64,000 nt of DNA from Okamejei kenojei (taxonomy: Eukaryota): positions 22,258,001 through 22,322,000 of the forward strand of contig CM069138.1 in NCBI GenBank assembly GCA_035221665.1, given 5' to 3'. This document shows positions 24,101-39,100 of this stretch, piece after piece (position 1 is the stretch's first letter; each line of letters begins with the position of its first letter). The notes under the pieces are model-generated. The model saw only the letters and a list, made by a program, of their open reading frames with translations. It ran no database searches and had not been told where the DNA came from. Both the position numbers and the translations under genes were made by a program.

Positions 24101-27100
24101 TTGCAACTTGAAAGTGAAAATATCAACAGATGAACACTAATGTTGGGGTTGCTAAATACTTTATGTGTTTCAACTTAAAATACATTCATCCTTTGACATT
24201 AGATAACCTCATGTAAAAGTGATGCTAACTTGGTTAGCAACTGATATTAACATCATGATTGCAGCTGATTGCAACGTTCTCCCTGTTCACGATTATCTTT
24301 CACACTCTCTTTCTCTTTTTCTCTGTCTCCCTCCAGTGTTGGGAGGTGTTGCCTCACAATGGGGATTTCATTTTTCATTTAGCTTTGTTTAGTCGTTTAT
24401 TTAGTCCTTTGTTGCACTCTACACAGAGATAAGCAGATCTCTGTATATTGGAGGAATAAGAGGGTATGGAAATAGTACAGATAGATCATTGAGGTGGTGA
24501 TGTTTAGTTTACTTTAGTGTAGAGATGCAGCATGGAAACAGGTCCTTCAGTTCACTGAGCCCATGCTGACCATCGAGTAATTGATCTCAGTGAGGCAGAC
24601 GGTGCAACTAATAGTGCCTGCGCATAAACTGTGGATGGCTCGATTGCAATCATGTATTGTCTTTCCGCTGACTGGGTAGCAAGCAACAAAAGCTTTTCAC
24701 TGTACCTTGGTAGACGTGACAATAAAGTAAACTCAAGCAAAGTGATTATAAATGAAGAAACTAACCTACCGATACTGTAATTTCTTTACATTTATCTGTT
24801 CACACTGTGTGTACCTCTCTGGCAATGCCGAATTACATTCTCCATCCTGATCTCAGAACGCAGTGCCGAGTGATCTGCATTATTCAGTTAAAAAATAATT
24901 TGGGCCTATTTTCATCCTCCATTTTGCAGTGTGAACTTCTAATGATGTCGGTCTCTGTAAAACTGACTACATGACATCATGATTCCTCGTGATGTTAGGA
25001 TTGGAAATAGAACCAATTTAAATACTCACTGGTTACATTCAGCTTGGTTCCATTTCCAAATAAATGCCCCCAAATGCCACAGATGTAATCAGCAGAGTCG
25101 TCAATCACCACCTCTCTGATGGTCAGTGAGTAGCTGTTACTGGCGTCGTCCCTGGAAAGCTGAAATCGCTCGGAAAAGCCCGGTGACCTGTAAGTTTGGC
25201 CATTCACATAAAGACTAAGTTTGATTTCTCCATTACGTGAGTTGTACCAGTGAACGATGAATTTGTTCACAATGTCATTCACATTGGTGCTGTTCAGGAC
25301 ACACCGTATCTCCACTGTTTCACCCTCACGCACCACTAGAGCTCCTGGGGATTGGATCAGGGATGTGTTTGCCTTTAGACCTGTGGGTAATAACAATCAA
25401 AGATCAGAACAGATGATGACCACAAAAATAATTTGAAACGAAAGGCAGCATGAAAGCTCTTGGATATTTATGAATGTTCTGCACATGTATCCTCAATTTG
25501 TAAACTCTTTTGTTTTCTCCTGAGCTTCGCTCTTTCACTCTGCACTGAAATGACAAACAATACCTTTGGTAAAAGCAACAGCTTAAACGTACAATCACTG
25601 AATATCAAAGGTTAAATCCTGCTCCATGTACATGCTTGTTGACTCCACACACTGTATTAAACTGAGCAGTAAATCAGAAAGCTGGCAGTTCTAGTAACAT
25701 TCATTTAGTACATGTAAGATTCTGTTGCCAAGTCGGATGAAGAAGACTAAGGAAATTCAGCATGCTTCCAACAACTCTACACAAGGACCACATAAAGCAT
25801 CCTATTGATTACATCACAGCCTAGTTTGGCAATTCCTCTACCCTACACTCCACGCTGCCTCGGGAAAGCAACCGACATAGTGAAAGACCATTCACTCCCC
25901 TGTCATTCCTACTTGTCCCCTCTCCTGTCGGGCAGAAGATACAAAACTTCACAGCATCTGGCAGCAGTTTTACGATACGATATGATAACATTTTAATCAT
26001 CCCCCCAGAGGGAAATTGGTCTGCCAACAGTCACAATACACAAGGTACACAAATACTTGAAATTAAAAGTGAAAAAAAAAGAAAAGGACAAGCAACTGTT
26101 GGCTGGCTTCCGTGTGCACAGTGCCTTAACCAGAACGAACGAACAAACAAAACAAACAAACGCAGAACGAACAAACAAAACAAACAAAACTAGAGTGCCC
26201 CCGCACACCAGTTCCCACTTTGTTCTCCCACCGTCCCTCAGGGCAGTCCCCCCATGCCGGGTCCCCATTGTTCTTTGCAACAGCCCTCACTTTCCTTGGC
26301 TCCTACTCGTTCCCTGGTTACCCTCTTACTCTAATACAATTGTTCAATCCTTGGGATTCTTCTTAATTTTGACTGTCAGTGATATTTTTGCTTGCCCCTT
26401 TCCTCTCCTAATTCATATTTAAAGTAGCCTTTTTATACCCAAGTGTCTCTCCTGTTTTCAATTGCCTATGCCTGCCAAATGCTTCCCTTTACTTCATCAA
26501 ATGTGGGTGTCACGATGGTGCATGAAGACTGCTGCTTCACAGAGCCAGAGACCCGGCTTCAATCCTGATCTCAGGTGCTGTCTGTGTGGCATTTGCATGT
26601 TCTCGCTGTCTGACCACATGGGTTTCCACCGGGTGCACCGGTTTCCTCCCATATTCCAAACAGTTTGTAGGTTTGTTGGCCTCTGCAAAAATGCGTCTAT
26701 TATGGTGGGAGTGGATGAGAAGTGAGATAACTTCTAGAAGTGAGATAACTTCTGAGATAACTGATAGAACTAGTGTGAACAATAGACAATAGACAATAGG
26801 TGCAGGAGTAGGCCATTTGGCCCTTCGAGCCAGCACCGTCATTCAATGTGATCATGGCTGATCATCCCCAATCAGTACCCCGTTCCTGCCTTCTCCCCAT
26901 ATCCCCTGACTCTGCTATTTTTAAGAGCCTTATCTAGCACGCTCTTGAAAGCATCCAGAGAACCTGCCTCCACCACCCTCTGAGGCAGATAATTCCACAG
27001 ACTCACCACTCTGTGAGAAAAAGTGTTTCCTTGTCTCCGTTCTAAATGGCTTACTCCTTATTCTTAAACTGTGGCCCCTGGTTCTGGACTCCGCCAACAT

Positions 27101-30100
27101 CGGGAACATGTTTCCTGCCTCTAGCGTGTCCAAACCCTTAACAATCTTATATGCTTCAATTAAAACACCTCTCATCCTTCTAAACTCCAGAGTGTACAAG
27201 CCCAGCTGCTCCATTCTCTCGGCATATGACAGTCCCGCCATCCCGGGAATTAACCTTGTAAACCTATGCTGCACTCCCTCAATAGCATGATTGTCCTTCC
27301 TCAAATTAGGGGACCAAAACTGCACACAATACTCCAGATGTGGTCTCACTAGGGCTCTGTACAACTGCAGAAGTACCTCTTTGCTCCTATGTTCGATTCC
27401 TCTTGTCATAAAGGCCAACATGCCATTCGCTTTCTTCACTGCCTGCTGTACCTACATGCTTACTTTCGTAGGCTGATATACAAGTACCCCCAGATCCTGT
27501 TGTACTTCCCCTTTTCGCAACGACGCCATTTAGATAGTAATCTGCATTCCTGTTTTTGCTACCAAAGTGGAAGATAACCTCACATTTATCCGCATTAAAC
27601 TTCATCTGCCATGCATCTGCCCACTCCCCCAACATGTCCGGACATTTACGGACATTTTCAACCTCTCACTTCTGAGGCCTGGGGTTCCCACCTGCTTCAA
27701 AAGGGCATCATTATACCAGTGCCCAAGAAGAGCAAGGTGACATGCCTCAATAACTATCAACCTGTGGCACTAACGCCTGCGGTGATGAAATGCTTCGAGA
27801 GGTTGATCATGACACAAATCAACTACCTCGCCAAAAACCTGGGCCCACTGCAGCTTGCTTCCTGCAACAACAGATCAACGGTGGATGCGATCTCGCTGGC
27901 TCTCCACTCCCCTCTGGACCACTTGGACAAAAAAACTCATATGTCAGGTTGTCATTCATCGATTACAGCTCAGCATTTAATACTATCATCCCCTCCAAGC
28001 TGGTTATGAAACTCGCAGAACTGGGTCTCTGCGCACCCCTCTGCAATTGGATCCTCGACTTTCACATCCACAGACCACAGTCTGTTCGTATTGGTGGAAA
28101 TGTGTCAGACTCGATAACCATCATCACGTTCGCTGACAACACCACTGTTGTGGGACGTATCACTGATGGGGATGAGTCGGAGTACAGAAGATAGATCGAG
28201 CAACTGTCCATATGGTGCCAGCACAATAACCTGGCCCTCAACACCAGCAAAACCAGGGAACTGATTGTGGACTTTGGAAGGAGTACGATAGGGACCCACA
28301 GTCCCGTTTATATCAACGGGTTGATGGTTGATAGGGTCAAGAGCATCAAATTCCTGGGCGTGCACATCTCTGAAGATCTTTCCTGGTCCGAGAAAACTGA
28401 TGCAATTATCAAGAAAGCACATCAGCGCCACTACTTCCTGAGAAGATTACGGAGAGTCAGTTTGTCAAGGAGGACTCTCTCTAACTTCTACAGGTGCACA
28501 GTAGAGAGCTTGCTGACCGGTTGCATCATGGCTTGGTTCGGCAACTTGAGCGTCCTGGAGAGGAAAAGACTACAAAAAGTAGTAAGCACTGCCCAGTCCA
28601 TCATCGGCTCTGACCTTCCTTCCATCGAGGGGATTTATCGCAGTCGCTGCCTCAAAAAAGCTGGCAGTATCGTCAAAGACCCACACCATCCTGGCCACAT
28701 ACTCATCTCCCTGCTACCTTCAGGTAGAAGGTACAGGAGCCTGAAGACTGCAATGACCAGGTTCAGGAATAGCTACTTTCCCACAGCCATCAGGCTATTA
28801 AACATGGCTCGGACAAAACTCTGAACATTAATAATCCATTATCTGTTATTTGCACTTCATCAGTTTATTTATTCATGTGTGTCTATCTTTATATAATGGA
28901 ATATGGACACACTGGTCTGTTTTATAGTCAATGCCTACTATGTTCTATTGTGCTGAAGCAAAGCAAGAATTTCATTGTCCTATCAGGGACACATGGCAAT
29001 AAACTCACTTGAACTTGAATTTGAACTGTCCAAGTCACCCTGGATTATCATAGCATCCTCCTCACAGTTCACACTGCCACCCAACTTTGTGTCATCTGCA
29101 AATTTGCTAATGTTACTTTGAATCCCTTCATCCAAATCATTGATGTATATTGTAAATAGTTGCGGTCCCAGCACCGAGCCTTGCGGTACCCCACTAGTCA
29201 CTGCCTGCCATTCTGCAAGGGACCCGTTAATCCATACTCTTTGTTTCCTATCTGCCAACCACTTCTCTATCCATGTCAGCACTCTACCCCCAATACCATG
29301 TGCCCTAATTTTGCCCACTAATCTCCTATGTGGGACCTTATCAAATGCTTTCTGAAAGTCCAGGTACACTACATCCAGTGGCTCTCCCTCGTCCATTTAC
29401 CTAGTTATTATAACCCTATTGCTCTTGTATTGGATGTGGATCATTGGCTTAAAGAATGACCTGCAGTACAATTCTGCTCCATTTGGGGAGATTTGTGGGG
29501 AAGAAAAACAGAGTGTAACAGCAAGAACTTTCAACTTTCAACATCAGGCCCTATTACCCATGATGTCTGCGCTGAACATGCCGCCTACTTAAACTAATCT
29601 CTTCTTCCTGCACATCCCTCCATTTCCTGCATTTTTTTTGCCTATCTAAAAGGTTTTTAAATGCAACTATCGTATCCACACTTATCACTGACAGTACATT
29701 CCAGGTGCCTAAATATAGTAAAAAAAACGGTTTTGTATCTTCTTTAAATCTTTCTCTTCTCACCTTAAACCTAATGTTTAAGAGTGGCATGGTGGTGCAG
29801 CGGTAGAGTTGCTGCCTTACGGTGCCTAAGACCCGGGTTTGATCCTGACTACGGGTGCTGTCTGTACCGAATTTGCACGTTCTCCCCGTGACCAGGTCGG
29901 TTTTTTCCGAGATCTTTGGTTTCCTCCCACACTCCAAAGACATATAGGTTTGTTGGCTTGGTACCAATGTAAAATTATCCCTAATGTGTGTTGGATAGTG
30001 TTAATGTATGTACAATCTGCTGGATCTTCTGGCAGCCTTCTTCAGTTGAAAAGGAGAGGCAAAGCACAGGCAGACTTAACTCAGAGCTCCCGTGGATTTG

Positions 30101-33100
30101 GCAGAAACATCAACTAAGAGAAGCAGGAAAAAGCACTGATTGGCTCTCGCCCGTGTGGGAGGAGAGTTAGCAGTGAGTCAGAGGGGGCCAAGAAATATAC
30201 TTCTTTATTTAAATCAAATTTTGTGCCTTTTCTTAATAAATTGCATAAGTATATTCAATATTGGAAAATGCTTCCTATTTCAATGCTCGGTAAAATCAAT
30301 GCAATTAAAATGATTTTCCTTCCTCAACTTCTATACCTCTTCCAATCAATTCCAATATACCTTCCTAAAAATGTCTTTTAAAAAATTGACTATTGTAACA
30401 AGTTTTATTTTGAATTATAAGAATCACAGAATAAGTAAAAAACACTTATGTGAATCTAAGACGAATGGAGGATTAGTCTTACCAAATTTCTTATTTTATT
30501 TCTGGGCAGTCAATGTCAAAAACTTAAATTTCTGGTTGGAAGATATGGATCAACAACCAGACTGGTTAAAAGGAAAAGGAGGATTGTCTGCCATTTGAAA
30601 TTGGCCCGATTTTCCTAACCCCTACAAAATTGAATAAAAAGATCTATAGTGAAAATCCAATAATACATAGAATTTGGAAACAAATAAAAAAGACATTAAA
30701 ATTGGATAATTTATCACTTTCGTTCCCTATTGCAAATAACCCTTCATTTAAGCCTTCGGTATTGGATAAAGGCTTTACACAATGGAAAAACTATGGAATC
30801 AAAAAGATGGGACATCTTTATAGAAAAGGTGTGTTCCTCCCGTTTCTGGAGGTACAACAGAATTATGGATTACATTAAAATATTTTTTTTAGAATTTTTT
30901 TTACAATTGAAAGATTATGTTAAATCACATACACAAGAATACAGAATTAGAGCGCCAGAGATTCTAGATGAATGATTGAACAAACATCCCAACACACTCA
31001 AATTAATACCATATATTTATAATATTCTGTTAGATAGCGAGAATCCGTCGACGGAATCACATAGACAAGCATGTGAAATGAATTAGTTCAACCCATAACA
31101 AAAGATATTTGGGATGAAAGTCTACAACATATACATCAATGTTCGTTAAACGCCAGACATTCCTTAATACAATTTAAAATATTACACAGATTGCATTATT
31201 CTAAAACAAAATTAAATAAAATTTTTCCTAATATCTCTCCTATCTGCGATAAATGTCAATACTCTGAGGCTAATTTAACCCATACCTTTGTAAATTGCAT
31301 AAAAATTAAAACATTTTGGGTGGATATTTTTAAAATTATTTCCGTAGTGGTTAATATTCAATTGGATCCCGATCCTAAATTAATAATATTGGGCATATCT
31401 GAACAATACCTAAAACTGAAAATAAACCAAAGAAATTTCCTGGACTATAGTATAATAACTGGGAAAAAACGAATATTAAAATTTTGGAAAAACCCTCCAT
31501 CCCCTACAATTAAAATGTGGATTATGGAGATGTCGGAGACCTTAAATCTGGAAAACATTAGATTTGTCTTAATTGACAAACCAGAATTATTTATTAGAAT
31601 ATGGTCGCCATTCATAGATTATTTGAAGGGGTAGAATGGGCCAGCGCTGAGGCTTGACGGAAGTTTGAACCCAGGACTAGACGAATAGTTTTGTTTTCTT
31701 ACCTACGGACCTATCTCCTAAGTTGTATTATGGATAGTTTATTTTATGTTTCTAAGTTTTTTCTTTCTTTTTCTTTATTTTTTCTATCTATTAAAAAAAT
31801 AATAATAATTAGAGTCAATGTTAATATGTAACCGATAAATGTAGACTCCTGCTACATTGGTAGTGGAGTCCTTGGAATCCTGAATATTTAATATGTAACC
31901 ATTTAACAAAGTTTGTAATGGTTTGGACTAGGATATGTACATGCCTCTAATAAAAGTTAACTATAAAAAATAGGGTTTTGGCCCGTAACGTTGCCTATTT
32001 CCTGCGCTCCATAGATGCTGCAGCACCCGCTGAGTTTCTCCGGCAATTTTGTCTACCAAGGGAAGAGATAAGACTTTTGCCTTCCATCACAGTGAGGAGA
32101 TGTTGGAGATTCACTGTAATGGATGATTGTGTCAATTGTGTCAAGCATGTGACCTGATAGTTTATAAAATGATGAGAGGTGTAGATAGAGTAGATGAACA
32201 GCCCTTTACGAGAATGAAAACATCAAATATTAGAGGACAAAGCTTTAAGGGTGAGTGGGTGAAAGTTTAAAGGAGATTTACAAGGTTTTTTTTTTTACAC
32301 AGTGGTACTGCTGATGTAAGTGGTGAAAGTAGATATGAGAGAATGTTTCAGAGTAATTCAGAAAGACATATCAACAGGCATGGAATAGAGGGATACCTAC
32401 AATGTGCAGGAATTGTGGTTAGTCTGGGATTAAGTAAATCCCTTGATGAGTTTAAGGGCTCCAGTACACAAGAGGGGAATTTAGAGTTCAAGAAGAAGAC
32501 ATGAGATAGCTTTAGCAGGTAAGTTAAGGAGAATCCTAAGAGATTCTATAAGTACCGTAAATAGAGAGCAAATGAGTAAAGAGTGAGAGAATATGTCCAT
32601 TTAAGGAACAATGTAGTCATCTATGCTTGGATTCTTAAGCGATGTATGAGGTCTTAAATTAATATTTCTCATCGGCACTTACTGTGGAGAAGTCAAGGAA
32701 GCTAAGGAGTTATGGAATAGACGCTGGAAGATCCAGTAAAGTAAGTCAGTTGTTTGAGGTTGGAAGTGAATAAAGGCAACAGTGGCATGATATCGGGGAT
32801 ACCTAAATAATTAATAAGTATATACCAGCTAACAATGTCACAAAATATCCTTTTGATAAAATGCATTGATGTTGATGGATCTAAATTATATGTCGACAGA
32901 TTTTCCCTCAATAAACTCCATCTTCCACCGTCTGGCCACTCAATGACTCTGTTTCTGTCTCAGTAACTTGCACCACTGGCCTAACTCAGTAGTGTCTGTG
33001 AACATGGCTGAACTTTCATCAGGTCACTGTCTGATCTATTGACTCAGTTTCTCTCATTTCTGTCGCTGTCTCACCGACAAATGTTTTCAGAATATTGGGC

Positions 33101-36100
33101 TCTTCACTCAGATCTGCAGCAGCTGATTCTGCTTTTATATACAGCTCTGAATTCCCCCATCTGGTTAAAAGTGCAGATCCCTAAGGATTACCAAGTGTTG
33201 CCATTTGACACACATTGCCAATTATGCAACCACCCTGTCTCTTATCTTTCAAAGTTACCTCATATTTTGTGTGCTCACATATTCAGAACCTGATGAAATC
33301 CTTCCTGTAAATTAAATGGAGGCAATATCGACAAAAGTTTTATCACCATTAAAGTTTCATCACCATGAGGGAGAAGTTGCTAAATTCACAACATATTACC
33401 GAACTTTCTATCTCTTTCCTCTAAGCTTGTGAAAAAGACTGTGACTGCTGACAAGTCTCACACTTCTGCTCTCTTTCCCTCTCCATCCTGCCAGAACAAG
33501 GATAGGGTTCCTCGTGTCCTCATCTCCCATCCCCATATTATTAATGAGCTTTCCCACGGAGCAATTATGATGAAGGACATTTGCTTAAAAAAGCAAGGTT
33601 GAATCAGTCAGGGTTGAAGCTTAGAAGTAGCAAGTTCTGCAAGTGCCCTCCATTTCTGCCAGTCATCCAATTGTGACTTTGTCTTAGTTTTTTCTCTCTC
33701 CATTACCACAGCCTGCCCAGCTATCAGCAACACATATATAGACAAGAAAGCACCATCTCTTTCCAACTTGTCGCATCAACCAATTTGCTCTTACCGCATC
33801 AGAGATATTCCAGTAACATAGAAAATAGGTGCAGGAGGAGGCCTTTCGGCCCTTCAAGCCAGCACCGTCATTCATTGCAACCATGGCTGATCGTCCTCAA
33901 TCAATAACCCGTGCCTGCCTTCTCCCAATATCCCTTGACTCCACTAGCCCCTAGAGATCTATCTAACTCTCTCTTAAATCCATCCAGTGATTTGGCCTCC
34001 GCTGCCCTCTGCGGCAGGGAATTACACCAATTCAGAACTCTCTGGGTGAAAACGTTTTTTCTCACCTCAGTCTTAAATGGCCTCCCATTTATTCTAAGAC
34101 TGTGGCCCCTGGTTCTGGACTCATCCAAGATTGGGAACATTTTTCCTGCATCTAGCTTGCCCAGTCCTTTTATAATTTTATATGTTTCCATCAGATTCCC
34201 CCTCATCCTTCTAAACTCCTGTGAATACGGGCCTAGTCTTTCCAATTTTTCCTCATATGACAATCGCGCCATCCCAGGGATCAATCTCGTGAACCTAGGC
34301 TGCACTGCCTCAATCATAAGGATGTCCTTCCTCAAATTAGGAGACCAAAACTGTACGCAATACTCCAGATGTGGTCTTACCAGAGCCCTATAAAACTGCA
34401 GAAGAACCTTGCTACTCCTATACTGAAATCCTCTTGTGATGAAGGCCAACATTCCATTAGTTTTCTTCACTGCCTGCTGTACCTACACGCCAACTTTCAG
34501 CGACCAGTGTACAAGGACACCCAGGTCTCACTGTACATCACCCTTACCTAACCTACCACATTGAGATAATAATCTGCCCCCTTGTTTTTGCCACCAAAGT
34601 GGATAACCTCACATTTATCTATATTATACTGCATCTGCCACGCATCTGCCCATTCACTCAACCTGTCCAGGTCACCCTGCAACCTCCTGACATCCTCTTC
34701 ACAGTTCATACTGCCACCCAGTTTTGTGTCATCCGCAAACTTGCTAGTGTTGCTCCTAATTCCCTCTTCCAAATCATTAATATATATGGTAAATAGTTGC
34801 GGACCCAATACCGAGCCTTGCGGCACTCCACTCGCCACTGCCTGCCATTCTGAAAAGGACCCGTTCACTCCTACTCTTTGCTTCCTGTCTGCCAACCAAT
34901 TTTCTATCCATGTCAACACCCTACCCCCAATACCATGTGCTCTAATTTTTGTCGCCAGTCTCCCGTGCAGGATCTTATCAAAGGCTTTCTGAAAGTCTAG
35001 ATACACTACATCCACTGGCTCCCCTTCATCCATTTTACTTGTCACATCCTCAAAAAATTCCAGAAGATTAGTCAAGCATGATTTTCCTTTCATAAATCCA
35101 TGCTGACTTGGACTAATCCTTTTACTGCTATCCAAATACCTCATTATTACCTCTTTAATAATTGACTCCAGCATATTTCCCACCAAGGGAAGTGGTCAAA
35201 TGCAACACGTAGGGGGGAAAGAAGAAAAAAAATAATAAACAGAGAATAAGAGATGGAGGGTTTCTTAAATGTGTGAGCAGAGAGACAGAGGGGTGTAAAA
35301 TGAGGATATGAGCAATAGGTAGCAAGGTGAAAAGTGGCAGGCAGACAAATCCAGGCCAAAGATCAAAAAGGGCCACCTTTCAACATAATTGTAAAAGGGC
35401 CAAGAGTGTTGTAAAAACAAGCCTGAAGGCTTTGTGTCTCAATGCGAGGAGCATTCGTAATAAGGTGAATGAGTTGAATGTGCAGATAGCTATTAATAAT
35501 TATGATATAGTTGGGATCACGGAGACATAGCTACAGGGTGACCAAGGCTGGGAGCTGAACATCCAGGGATATTCAATATTCAGCAGGGATAGACAGAGAG
35601 GAAAAGGAGGTGGGGTAGCGTTGCTGGTTAGAGAGGAGATTAACGCAATAGAAAGGAAGGACATTAGCTTGGAGGATGTGGAATCGATATGGGTGGAGCT
35701 GCGAAACACTAAGGGGCAGAAAACTCTAGTGGGTGTTGTGTACAGGCCACCTAACAGTAGTAGTGGAGTTGGGGATGGAATCAAACAGGAAATTAGAAAT
35801 GAGTGCAACGAAGGTAAAACCGTTATAAAGGGTGACTTCAATGTACATATAGATTGGGTGAATCAAATTGGCAGGGGTGCTGCGGAAGAAGATTTCTTGG
35901 AATGTATGCGGGACAGTTTTCTAAACCAACATGTAGCGGAACCAACAAGAGAGCAGGCTATTCTAGACTGGGTATTGAGTAATGAGGAAGGGTTAGTTAG
36001 CAGCTTTGTTGTGCATGGCCCCTTGGGCAAGAGTGACCATAATATGGTTGAGTTCTTCATTAGGATGGAGAGTGACATTGTTAATTCAGAAACACGGGTC

Positions 36101-39100
36101 CTGAACTTAAATAAAGGTAACTTTGAGGGTATGAGACGTGAATTGGCCAAGATAGACTGGCAATTGATTCTTGTAGGGTTGACGGTGGATATGCAATGGA
36201 AGGCATTTAAAGATGGAATGGATGAACTACAACAATTGTTCATCCCAGTATGGCAAAAGAATAAATCAGGGAAGGTAGCGCATCCGTGGATAACAAGGGA
36301 AATCAGGGATAGTATCAAAGCAAAAGATGAAGCGTACAAATTAGCCAGAAAAAGCAGCCTACAAGAGGACTGGGAGAAATTCAGAGACCAACAGAGGAGG
36401 ACAAAGGGCTTAATTAGGAAAGGGAAATGGATTATTAAAGAAAACTGGCAGGAAACATAAAAACTGACTGCAAAAATTTTTCTTGATATGTGAAGCGAAA
36501 AAGATTAGTTAAAACAAATGTAGATCCCTTGCAGTCAGAAACAGGTGAATTGATCATGGGGAACATGGACATGGCAGACCAATTGAATAACTACTTTGGT
36601 TCTGTCTTCACTAAGGAAGACTTAAATAATTTGCCGGAAATAGTAGGGGATCGTGGGTCAAATGAGATGGAGGAACTGAGTGAAATCCAGGTTAGCCGGA
36701 AAGTGGTGTTAGGTAAATTGAATGGATTAAAGGCTGATAAATCCCCAGGGCCAGATAGGCTGCATCCCAGGGTACGTAAGGAAGTAGCCCCAGAAATAGC
36801 GGATGCCTTAGTGATAATTTTTCAAAACTCTTTAGATTCTGGGAGTAGTTCCTGAGGATTGGAGGGTAGCTAATGTAACCCTACGTTTTAAAAAGGGAGG
36901 GAGAGAGAAAATGGGGAATTACAAACCAGTTAGTCTAACATCGGTAGTGGGGAAACTGCTAGAGTCAGTTATTAAAGATGGGATAGCAGCGCATTTGGAA
37001 AGTGGTGAAATCATTGGACAAAGTCAGCATGGATTTACGAAAGGTAAATCATGTCTGACGAATCTTATTGAATTTTTTGAGGATGTAACTCGTAGAGTGG
37101 ATAAGGAAGAAGCAGTGGATGTGTTATATCTGGACTTTCAGAAGGCTTTCGACAAAGTCCCACACAAGAGATTAGTATACAAACTTAAAGCACACGGTAT
37201 TGGCGGTTAAGTATTGATGTGGATAGAGAACTGGCTGGAAGACAGGAAGCAAATAGTAGGAGTGAACGGGTCCTTTTCAGGATGGCAGGCAGTGACTAGT
37301 GGGGTGCCGCAAGGCTCAGTGCTGAGAGCCCAGTTATTTACAATATATATTAATGATTTGGACGAGGGAATTAAATGCAACATATCGAAATTTGCGGACG
37401 ACACGAAGCTGGGGGGCAGTGTTAGCTGTAAGGAGGATGCTAGGAGGCTGCAGGATGACTTGGATAGACTGGGTGAGTGGGCAAATGCATGGCAGATGCA
37501 GTATAATGTGGATAAATGTGAGGTTATCCACTTTGGTGTCAAAAACAGGAAAGTAGACTATTATTTGAATGGTGACCGATTAGGAAAAGGGGAGACGTAA
37601 CGAGACCTGGGTGTCGTGGTACACCAGTCATTGAAAGTAGCCATGCAGGTGCAGCAGGCTGTGAAGAAAGCAAATGGTATGTTGGCATTCATAGCAAAAG
37701 GATTTGAATACAAGAGCAGGAGGTTCTATGCAGTTGTACAGGGTCTTGGTGAGGCCACACCTGGAGTATTGCGTACAGTTTTGGTCTCCTAATCTGAGGA
37801 AAGACATTCTTGCCATAGAGGGAGTACAGAGAAGGTTCACCAGACTGATTCCTGGGATCGCAGGACTTCCATATGAAGAAAGACTGGATAGACTCGGCTT
37901 GTACTCGTTGGAATTTAGAAGATTGAGGAGGGATCTCATAGAGACTTATAAAATGCTTAAGGGGTTGGACAGGCTAGATGCAGGAAGATTGTTCTTGATG
38001 TTGGGGAAGTCCAGGACAAGGGGTCACAGTTTAAGGATAAGGGGGAAGTCTTTTAAGGCCGAGATGAGAAAATCGTTTTTCTTTTTTTTAAAAATATTTT
38101 TATTAGAAGCATTGCATATTATCTAAGGTACAACAGTACTTCAAATACATATTAGACTTATCACAAACGTTGCACAGATGTTACGGGATAATTTATATAT
38201 GCTACTGTTGTTGATTTTTTTTTGTGAAGGTAAGGGAGTGTAAAAAAAAGTGCAAGTATAAATCAATAATCAAAATGTTGTGATCCTACACGAGGGTACT
38301 TATTGAGTTATGGTGTGAGCTCAGCTACCCCTTTAAATAATCAATGAATGGAGACCATATTTGTTCAAAAAGTTCATATTTGTCCATTAGGACAAACCTA
38401 ATTCTCTCCAAATGCAACGTCTCCGACATTTCCACAGTCCACATTTTGATTGTGGGGGATAATGCTCCCTTCCAGAATTTTAATATTAATTTTTTTCCAA
38501 TTATCAAACAGTAATCAAGAAAATTTATTTGACACTGTTAATATTAAGCTTGAGTCAGGAACTCCTAATATTATTTTACTTCGGAGTCACGTGAGTGACT
38601 ACGTGAAGAAGGCCCGCCTGGCACTAGAACGGCATTACGTCGACGCTGACGGCAGAAGCAAGAGCTGCGGCCGGCCGGAACGGACCCGCAGGCAAGTAGC
38701 AAAGAAAGTGGGGACGTTCTAAAAAAGACGTTACGCTGGTAAAACCAGCAAAAGAAAAAGTAAAAGTAAAAATCAGATTCACGCTGGCGTAATGATTGAG
38801 CCAGATAATAAAAAAGAAAAATGGAGAAGTCTTTCAAAGGAAAATTTCGCGGGTAAAAAGATTGTCCTGGGGAGAAGCTAAAGAGTCGGGACAAGAGATT
38901 AGTGCGGATCCGGTTCCGATACCGGTGGCCGCTGATTCACCCGTTAGTGAGTATAATTTCTCCAGAAATGCAAACCACGGAGGAATATGTTCCAAGAAAA
39001 AGTAAAAAGAAATCCGTGAGGCCCGTGGTTTCTGACTCTGATAATGAAAGTCCTCCGGATAATAAAGCTATATGGCTTAAAATGGAACATATGGAGAAAG

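Noticed and set aside
18171-25380. Interpretation as an array of rearranging TCR/Ig V segments
   Set aside because: Each exon already includes the J-like strand and a splice donor; none has its own leader or a full RSS; no C1 exon lies before the TM exon.
7944-25380. CD4/LAG3 or pIgR identity (four Ig domains + TM)
   Set aside because: All four domains are full VJ-type rather than V-C2-V-C2; no CxC tail motif; no pIgR/CD300-type second disulfide.
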